Shown here in pieces: positions 54,301 through 64,000 of a stretch of 64,000 nucleotides of DNA. Under the pieces are notes generated by a model, which was not told the origin of the DNA, did no database searches, and saw nothing but the letters and a program-made list of their open reading frames with translations. The first letter of the stretch is position 1. Every line of letters starts with the position of its first letter. Source of the DNA: Octopus sinensis (lineage: Eukaryota); assembly GCF_006345805.1 (NCBI RefSeq), contig NC_043010.1, positions 10,416,001 to 10,480,000 on the forward strand, in the 5' to 3' direction. Both the position numbers and the translations under genes were made by a program.

Positions 54301-56199
54301 TTGTCATAGATATGACATCGACAAAGCAAATATGAAATTAGTGAGCAATCAATAATATTTTTGTAGGTAGTAAAAAAAAGAGAGTGCATGGTTCAAGTAA
54401 TCACAGCTATATCCAGTTTGGTATAATAGTTACATGCACAATGGGGGAAAAACATACAAAGAGATACATATACATACATGTATGTATATACATACATACA
54501 CATATATATATATATGCCTGTGTGTGTGTATACAGAGCATTCTCTTTCTCCTACAACTCACTCTTTCATCAACCTGTCTCTTTACTAACACTTTCTTTTG
54601 TCCCTATCATGTCACTTTTGCATTTTCCAATTCAACCACCTTACCAACAACAAAAATATAACTGTCTTTCTAATTCTCCCCTTTCTTCAATAATGCCCTT
54701 CTTGAACATTTTCTTCTTCCGATCACTACATTCCCTGTATTATTTGCTCATATACTCAACCTTTCACAACAGATCTCTCTCACTTTCTCCCTCCCTCTCT
54801 CTCTTCCTCTCTTCCTCTCACTCTCTGTATCTCTGTCTATCACCACCTCTCTCTTTCATTCATGACTCCATATTCTCTTCACCATATTGGTCATGTGGCT
54901 TTGAATAAATTGAAATTATGTAGTGCAAAAATGGATCTTTAGTCTACTGAAATGACACAAACACTCCAGTGCTTCTGTCAAGATAAAAATGATCCTAGTA
55001 GACTATGCAAATGAATTGTGTTAAGAAGGGCCATGACTCAAAGAAGCCATGCTAAAAATTGAGTGCACAGGTGTGATATGTTCCTTGGGCCATTTCAAGA
55101 ATAGCAAGTCCATATAAAAAATGATTGTGGTAGTGATGACCTGTTCAACTGAGGGTACCATTAAAAGATGGATGTAGATAAAAATGACCAAAAGATGATG
55201 AATAAAGTTATATGTGTGTGTGTATGAATATATATATATATATATATATATAAAATAATATGTTACAATTACTCAATAGTCAAGATAACACTCTGAGTTT
55301 CAGATGCCGAAGTGGAAATCCACAACACCATCTCTTTGGTTATCTGGCCATCTGAAAAAAATTTTATTGATAAATTTCCTCTATTTACATAATATTGAGG
55401 TCTCTTTCTTTCTTTTGTTATCTTACCGTTTTTACCAATATATATATATATATATAAATATAAATATTAGTATATGTATTAATATTGTATTAATTAATTA
55501 ATACATATATTATATTAATATATGTATTGATTATTATAATATAAGTATTAATTAATACATGTATAATACATATATGTATATATATACATATATAATACAT
55601 ACATACATATATATATATATATACACACATATGTATGTATATATACAGGCACACACACATATATAATTATATATACAATGTATACAGTATTATATGTATC
55701 TATATTTATATACTTTTCAACATATAAATACACATAAATATACACACATCCATATATATGCTTATATACATACATGTATATATATCTATGTGTGTGTGTG
55801 TGTGTATAAATATGTATGTATACACGTATATATGTATCATGAGGGTTAGTGTAATGGTGTGTTGGTATGTGTATGTAAACAGAAATTTTGACTAAGCATA
55901 ACAAATACACATAGTTCAATACAGTAATGCATTGTCTTTGAGCACAAAAAAATTGGTAAAGTTGTTTGTGTATGTGTGCATCAGTCACTCAGTCTATCTA
56001 TATACACCACAACTAATACAGAGAAAGGTACCTGTAATATCAAGGATAGTGTTATCAAATAGGTATTATTATTCAAATTTTTGTGACTCTCTCTTCATCT
56101 CAATTGAGGATTTTATTAAATCATTTGCTTTATGTTATCAGGCACTCATTAATAGATAAAAGTTCTTGTCCCAAATTGATCTCAATATGTGATTTCCAT

Positions 56200-56496
56200 T
56201 ATACATACATACATATGTAGGTATGTATGTATGTATGTATGTATGTATGTATGTATGTATGTATGTATGTATGTATGTATGTATGTATGTATGTATGTAT
56301 GTATGCATGTGTGTATATATGTATGAATGTATGCGTGTGTGTATGGATTAGTGTGTATTTATACACAGACATATACACTCATATATATATGTATGTATTG
56401 TATTTATATATTATGTGTGTATATGTATATATGTGTGTGTATATATATATATGTATATACATGCATGTTGTGTGTATATATATATGTATCACACAC

Positions 56497-56529
<33 letters not shown>

Positions 56530-57439
56530 ATTATATACACATAAACATATATACATGCATACATATTATCTATATATATATATATATATATATATATAGA
56601 TATATACATAGATATATATATATCTATATTAATTATATATATAATATATATATATATAATATATATATATAATATAATATATATATATATATATATATAT
56701 CATACATCGATGCATACATATATATATAGATATATAATTATATATGCACACTATAAATATATCACACATACACACATCCACACACACATATACATATACG
56801 TATCAATGCAAACTATCCAATTTATACAATTTTTAAAATCCATAAAAGATTAGAAAACATATAGTAAAATTCAAATGTGTTTACTTTCTCTAAAAGTAGC
56901 CTGGGATTGTGTTTTCCTGTATGCCATGTGTTTAATTGTGTGTGTGTGAATGTAAATGCATTTGTTGTTTGTATATGTATCTATCAGTCCTTCTGTCTGG
57001 ATGAGCATCCATGCATGCCTGTACATATGTATATCTTATGTTATGACCAGATTCATGAGTAACGACATGCTTCCTGCTGGCTAACACTTTTTTGTAGTGT
57101 GTGTGTATTTGTGTGCATATGTGCATGTGTGTGTTCATCTGTGCATATAGTTATGCAGGTGGGCAAATTTTGGCAGGAGTAATTTTCAGATGAAAAGCTA
57201 TCTATCTATCTGTCTATCTATATCTATATCTGTATATATATATATATATATGTTGTATATATATATATTAATATATATATATATATATGTGTGTGTGCGT
57301 ATATATATATATATACATATATATATACATAATATATATATACATATATATATATTATATATATAATTTAGTATACACACATATATATATATACACACAC
57401 TGTATATATGCATATTATATTATATATATATATTTTATA

Positions 57440-57482
<43 letters not shown>

Positions 57483-57640
57483 TTATATATATATATATAT
57501 TTATATATATACAAACATATACAATAATAGATTATGTATTAAATGTATATGTACAACCATCCAGATCTCTGAATACCTATTTTTACTAATATATATATAT
57601 ACATTCATACATACTTAATACTTATATATATATATGTATG

Positions 57641-57722
<82 letters not shown>

Positions 57723-57777
57723 ATATATACATATGTATATATATATATACATATATATATATACTATAGATATCATT

Positions 57778-57817
<40 letters not shown>

Positions 57818-58030
57818 TATAGATACATATACATGTTATCTTATATATACATACATATAGATATATATATATGCATATTTACATTCTTTTATTCTTTTAT
57901 ACTGTCACTTGTTTTAGTCATTTGACTGTGGTCATGCTGGAGCACCACCTATGCATGTGTGTGTATATATATATATTTATATATAGTTTCTGAGAGTATC
58001 AAGCGGGTTTATACATCTATATATATACAC

Positions 58031-58063
<33 letters not shown>

Positions 58064-58311
58064 TATATATTTATTTTTATATTATATATATATATATATA
58101 TTTACATATAGATAATATACATATGTGTATATGTATGCATATATATGTGTATATATATATATATATATATTTATATATTATATATATATATATTACATTA
58201 GATAATATACATACATATGTGTATATGTATGCATATATAAGTGTATATATATATTATATATATTTACATATGGATAATATACATATGTGTATATGTATGT
58301 ATATATATGTG

Positions 58312-58349
<38 letters not shown>

Positions 58350-58484
58350 GGTATATATACACATATACACACACCACATATATATAATATATATACATGT
58401 ATATATGTATATGCATATATTTATATATACTAATTTAGAGAGATGGACAGCGAGAAAAATGGGCAGATAGACAGAATGATGTAT

Positions 58485-58540
<56 letters not shown>
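56200..58540. repeat. Extended (TA)n/(ATGT)n/(TG)n low-complexity region
   Basis: Direct reading. Confidence 0.85.
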
Positions 58541-58542
<2 letters not shown>

Positions 58543-59089
58543 GGAGAGAGAGATGAGGTTGAGCAGTTGCTAGACAGATAAACAGATTAAAGTAAATAAT
58601 AATTAAGCAACTCACTAGATGATTATACAACTAAAATTCTTTCCATCCATGTGGCCTCGCATGAGCAAAATGACCTGCTCAAGTCATTAGGGTGTCTTGC
58701 ATTATTAACACAAAGGCATTCCAATTAGCTGCTATCATCTCTGTAGGTATGAGAAGTCTTTAAGAAAGTCTGCACTAATTATCAGGATACACAGCCATTC
58801 CTTCTGTTCCATTATTAATACATCTTCCCAACTGTCAGCATTTGGAGAATAGCTGGAGAATAGCCTGCTTTAAACCAATGGTTAGATTCTATTATTACTT
58901 TTGTTCTGAAACTTATTTTACTCTACAAGACTTTCTTAGAATCTCTTTGAACACTTCTCATTGTTATGAGACTGTTTTCTTCTTCTGGGTTTTTTTTTTC
59001 TGTTTTTTTTCCTGTGTTTTTCTTTTCTGTGTATTCCTTGCATTCTCAACACATAAAATATGTCCATGTGTGTGTTTTCAGGTGTTTAT

Positions 59090-59125
59090 CCATCTATCTG
59101 TCTGTCTATTTTTCTATCTACCTAC

Positions 59126-59219
<94 letters not shown>

Positions 59220-59331
59220 GTCTATTTTTTTTTTTTTTTCATTTTCAAAAGAAAAGCTCTACATTTGTATTTGTCCCCTCTGTGTTCAGCCCTGTGTGAC
59301 CAGTAAAGAAAGTTATCTATCTATCTGTCTA

Positions 59332-59363
<32 letters not shown>

Positions 59364-59383
59364 TCTGCCTATCTATCTATATC

Positions 59384-59481
<98 letters not shown>

Positions 59482-59574
59482 ATCTATCTATCTATCTATC
59501 TATATCTATCTATCTATCTATCTATCTATATCTATCTATTTATCTTCATCTATCTACCTATCTATCTATCTATC
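59090..59574. repeat. (ATCT)n microsatellite abutting the gap
   Basis: Direct reading. Confidence 0.95.
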
Positions 59575-59674
59575 NNNNNNNNNNNNNNNNNNNNNNNNNN
59601 NNNNNNNNNNNNNNNNNNNNNNNNNNNNNNNNNNNNNNNNNNNNNNNNNNNNNNNNNNNNNNNNNNNNNNNNNN
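59575..59674. other. Assembly gap (100 N)
   Basis: A run of 100 Ns, a typical placeholder of unknown true size. Confidence 0.98.
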
Positions 59675-60707
59675 GAATGGTTTCTCATATGGTATGAAAA
59701 AAGTTAACAAATGTTTGTTAAACTTATAATCATAACCAGCTAGAACAGTCCTCAATTTTCAATACATACCTTAACATTTGTATGCTTAAAACATCAAGTT
59801 TACCAAATGATTTTATTTATTTAATTGATTATTATTACTTAATTAGCATGTTTTAGATGATTGTGAAAATGAAATCCATTTATTGTAAAAAGTTATAGTA
59901 TTTGTTTTATGTATTTTCAAAACTTGTAAAATCAACAAAGTAACTATTTTGGTATAAAAGTATATAAATGGAAGAAGGAATAAGTTTTTAGATGGGGAAG
60001 AAAGAAAGTGAATAAAAATGTTAAGAAAGTGTCAAGTAATGAAAGAAAGAATGATGACTAAAAAAGTATAAGAATAACAGATTAAAAAGTTATCAACACA
60101 AAAGAAATAAAGATTTAGAAAAGTGAGAAACTGAAAAGGAAAGATTTAAAAGTAGAAGAAAGAGATGAAGAAGAGAAGAGAAACAAATAAATAAAGAGAG
60201 AGGAAGAAAGAGAAAGAGAGAGAGAGAGAGCTAGAGAGAGAGAGAGAGATAGAGAGAGAGAGAAGTAAAAGTGTGAAAAGGAAGATAAGAGAAAACAAGG
60301 AACAAGAAACAAAATGATTCTGAAAGTGAAAGTAAACAAAAAGAAAGAAAGAAAAAGAGGAAGAGAAAGTAAGAATAAAAGTGAAAACATTTAAAAAAAA
60401 AGTGAAAAAGAAGCAGAAAAGAGAGAAAAAGATTTAATTCCTGACTTTTTGTGTAAGTCTTTGTTTTGATTTTCCTGTTCTTACGTTTTGAGAAAGAGAA
60501 TTCATAAGAGAATATTTACCAAAATTTCTAAATAGATCTTAGAATATTTCCCTATATAAAAACAAAAATTCTTCGTAGTTTGTCTAGATTACTAAATAAT
60601 ATATAATAAACATGTATAATTTAAGAAATTAAGAAAAAAAAACAAACAAATTTCTGATATTCAAAATTTCAAAAAGAAACTCCCTTAGTGATTATAGTAT
60701 GACTTAC

Positions 60708-60910
60708 CTGTGGCATATTATCCGTGTAAATTCATCTCAACTGGAGACGTACATCCTGATGCAGAGTTCTTACTTTGACTGCTGCCGGTATATGACAGCC
60801 ACTGCGGCTGCTGCTGCTGCTGCCGCTGCCGCTGCTGCCGTGCACATCTCTAGTTAGGTTTCTCATATATGTAGATAGTTTGTGTGTGCCTGCAGCTCTC
60901 TTGCTGTTTC
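60708..60910 (-). other. Candidate non-coding upstream exon (5' boundary uncertain)
   Basis: Donor GCCACAG|GTAAGTC at 60708/60707. GC-richer unique sequence with a (GCA/GCG)n tract, followed on the minus strand by T-rich intron-like sequence. Only short ORFs present. Confidence 0.4.
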
Positions 60911-60911
60911 T

Positions 60912-60922
60912 AAGTGTGTGTG

Positions 60923-60964
<42 letters not shown>

Positions 60965-61932
60965 TGGTATATGTGTTGTGTGTGTGTGTGCATGTGTGTG
61001 TGCATGTGTGTGTGAGTGTGTGTGTGTACCTGTGATTATGTGTATGTATGTGAGTATGTGCCTATGTGAGTGTGTGAGTGTGTGTATGAGTGTGTGTGTG
61101 TGTGTGTGTGTATATATGTCTCTGTGTGTTGTGTGTGGTGTATGTGTTGTATGTGTGTGTGTGAATGTGTGTGTGTATGCGTCTGAGTGTGTGTGTGTGT
61201 ACCTGTGATTATGTGTATGTATGTATGTGAGTATGTGCCTATGTGAGTGTGTGAGTGTGTGTGTGTGAGTATGTCTGAGTGTGTGTGTGTGTGCGTATGT
61301 GTGTGGTATATATGTCTCTGTGTGTTGTGTGTGGTCCATGTGTTGTGGTGTGTGTAAGTACTTGTGAGTGTGTGTATGTATATATGTGAGTATGTGCTTA
61401 TGTGAGTGTGTGTGAGTGTGTGCGTGTGTTAGTGTGTTTGTGTGTGTGCATGTTTGTGTGTGCGTGTTAGTGTGTGTATGTACCTGTGAGTGTGTGTCTG
61501 TATATATGTGAGTATGTGCTTATGTGAGTGTGTGTGAGTGTGTGCACATGTGTTTGTGTGTGTGTGTGTGTGTGTGCATGCTGCTGGTGTTCTCCAACAT
61601 ACACATAACAGCAAGCATATTAATCTTAAGGCACGCATTGCATATTGGACTAAGCTTGCGTGTAAATATGTGTAGCATCATGCACATGCATCTGTATGTG
61701 TGTGTGTGTGCGTCACTGTGTATGTGTGTGTGTGTGTGAGCATGTATAGCAGTATGTGCAGTAAGTGTGTATGTGTATGTATGTTGGCTTTTCCATGTGT
61801 CAGTATGTCTTTATCTCTATGCGTGTATCATAGACATATACACATATGCCTGTATGTGTATATGTCTATGTGTGAGCATGTATATGTATGTGTTTGCTCA
61901 TGTGTGTGTGTGTGTGCGTGCATGCGTGTGTG
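60912..61932. repeat. Degenerate (TG)n block with internal higher-order repeats
   Basis: Direct reading; TACCTGTGATTATGTGTATG...GAGTATGTGCCTATGTGAG recurs. Confidence 0.9.
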
Positions 61933-62462
61933 ACTGTTTCGAATAGTTTTGTTCTTCTTTATTGGTTAATAAGGTTTATGTGGAATGGATTGGACTGAAA
62001 TTCCCCTATTCTTCTCCACACCACCCTACCACTTCTATCATAAAACTCAAACAAGTTTATTGAATAAAAACTGAGCTAGTCACATTATTGATAGATGAAG
62101 CACAGACACATACATTATACACACAACACACACATCTCTACACACAGCACACACACACACACACACACACATCTCCACACACAACACACACACACACATC
62201 TCCACACACAGATATGTATATTTATGTGTTTTTTATATACAGTCATATGAAGTTGCCCCACAGTAAAACTTTAAAGTCACTGGCAACCTTTTCCCTTGCA
62301 TATATATGTGTGCATGTGTGTGTGTGTGGATACACAGACACACACACACATACATATCTACATATTATATAATATATATATATATATATAGGTGTATACA
62401 TATATATATACACTACTGGCTATAAATATGCACATATTGTTGCATTTCATAAGTGTTTTTTA

Positions 62463-62512
<50 letters not shown>

Positions 62513-62520
62513 GCTAGATA

Positions 62521-62555
<35 letters not shown>

Positions 62556-62636
62556 TAGATGTACATATATATGTATATACATGTATATATATAACATATA
62601 TATGTATGTGTATATATATATGTATCTGTCTACCTA

Positions 62637-62667
<31 letters not shown>

Positions 62668-62670
62668 GTA

Positions 62671-62704
<34 letters not shown>

Positions 62705-63352
62705 CACACATATATAGGCATATGTATACAAGCTTATGAATGTAAGTATTTCTTTATGTAAGTGTATGTATGTATGTGTGTGTGTGTGTGTGTGTGTGCG
62801 TGTGTTTGAAGCTAGATTGTCACACACTTACATTCAATAAAAACATTGTTTGTCTCTTATTCCCCACACAACCCCCAAACTACCAACCACCCTTCCAATC
62901 TCCAAGAAGACTACCTTCCATTTTCTCTAAAAATAACATTTCATATAGACTCTTGCACAAAATTCAATTTTCTATTTGGGAAGAAAATCTTGTTTATTCT
63001 GTCAAAAATCCATTCAACGCTTTTGCTTGGTCCTAGCCTTCTCAGCTGAGAACTCTCTTCACTGACAGCACGACTACTTATAAGTTGACTGAAGTATAAA
63101 GATGTACAATCCAAGTTAATGTTTTAGCCTTTCAGCCATGCTTGCTTGGCCTCAATCTATGATTAAACAATAGAAACGGCTTTCAAATCTATTTTTCTAA
63201 AGAAGCCTATTGATGTATGAAAAATCATTGATTTTTCCCCTGGAAATAGTGCTTTTATTTATTCATCTTTGTTATTTTGTGTGTGTGTGTGTATGTGTGT
63301 GTGTTGGGTGGAGGGAGTCTCCATTATTTTTTTATTTTTATTTCCCATTTTA

Positions 63353-63385
<33 letters not shown>

Positions 63386-64000
63386 GTATTATTTCTTTTC
63401 CTTCCTTCCTCTGTTGTTTTTTTTTATTTCATATTTGGTTGCTGTTTTGTTTATCTTCTTTTGCATAATACATTTTTTATATCTTCTGCTCAAATAATTT
63501 TGTCGGTTGAAACTACTCCAAGCAGAAAAATATTCATAAGCAATCTATTGTTAATTCATCAATAATCCGAAATGTCTTCATTTTTGTTTTGGGAATTCAG
63601 TGAAATTCTTGTCTTTCTTTTCTTACATTTTACTTTTTCTTTTCTTCCTTTACTTTTCTTTTTTAATCTATTTATTTATTTATTCATTTTTACTTCCTTC
63701 CATTTTTTTTATTTTTAATATTTTATTTTATTGAGGTTTGGATATTCCAAACAGTTTTCTCATTGAGTTTTATCTTGGCTGCCACTAAGGACAAAGAAAT
63801 GATGGAAAACTGTAAGAAATTTATTCAACATTTTTTTTTCCCTTTCCCTCATTTATATCTAAGGAATAGCAAAAAGAAAAAAGGTCGGTATTTTATTTTG
63901 CAAGAAGATGTCAAAAGAGAAGAACGGCTGAAGCCAAATTGAACATTTTGTTCTTCGTTTATTTATGATCAATTGAGGATTGACTCATACAAAAGACAGT

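Overview
AT-rich, microsatellite-saturated animal genomic DNA. The SINE/LINE repertoire and the protocadherin type point to an octopus (inference; species not determined). The only credible protein-coding sequence is one large minus-strand protocadherin exon: acceptor at 10336/10335, ATG at 10291, CAG|GTAAGT donor at 7910/7909. It encodes 794 aa (signal peptide, six cadherin repeats, TM, start of the cytoplasmic tail). Its downstream exons are not evident in the window. An in-frame stop just upstream of the ATG means any upstream exon is non-coding, and a candidate lies about 50 kb away (donor at 60708), across a 100-N gap. The rest is intron-like: several tRNA-derived SINE families, 3' fragments of RTE, R4/Dong, HERO and possibly CR1 LINEs, a deleted mariner, piggyBac-type MITEs, a Helitron-type element and many simple repeats. 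Almost all ORF-track entries are microsatellite artefacts. The most unusual item is a tandem array of about 229-bp units (52452-53051), each carrying a minimal type I hammerhead-ribozyme-like motif with a non-canonical A6U core, resembling Penelope/retrozyme repeats. Two further decayed hammerhead-like motifs lie nearby.
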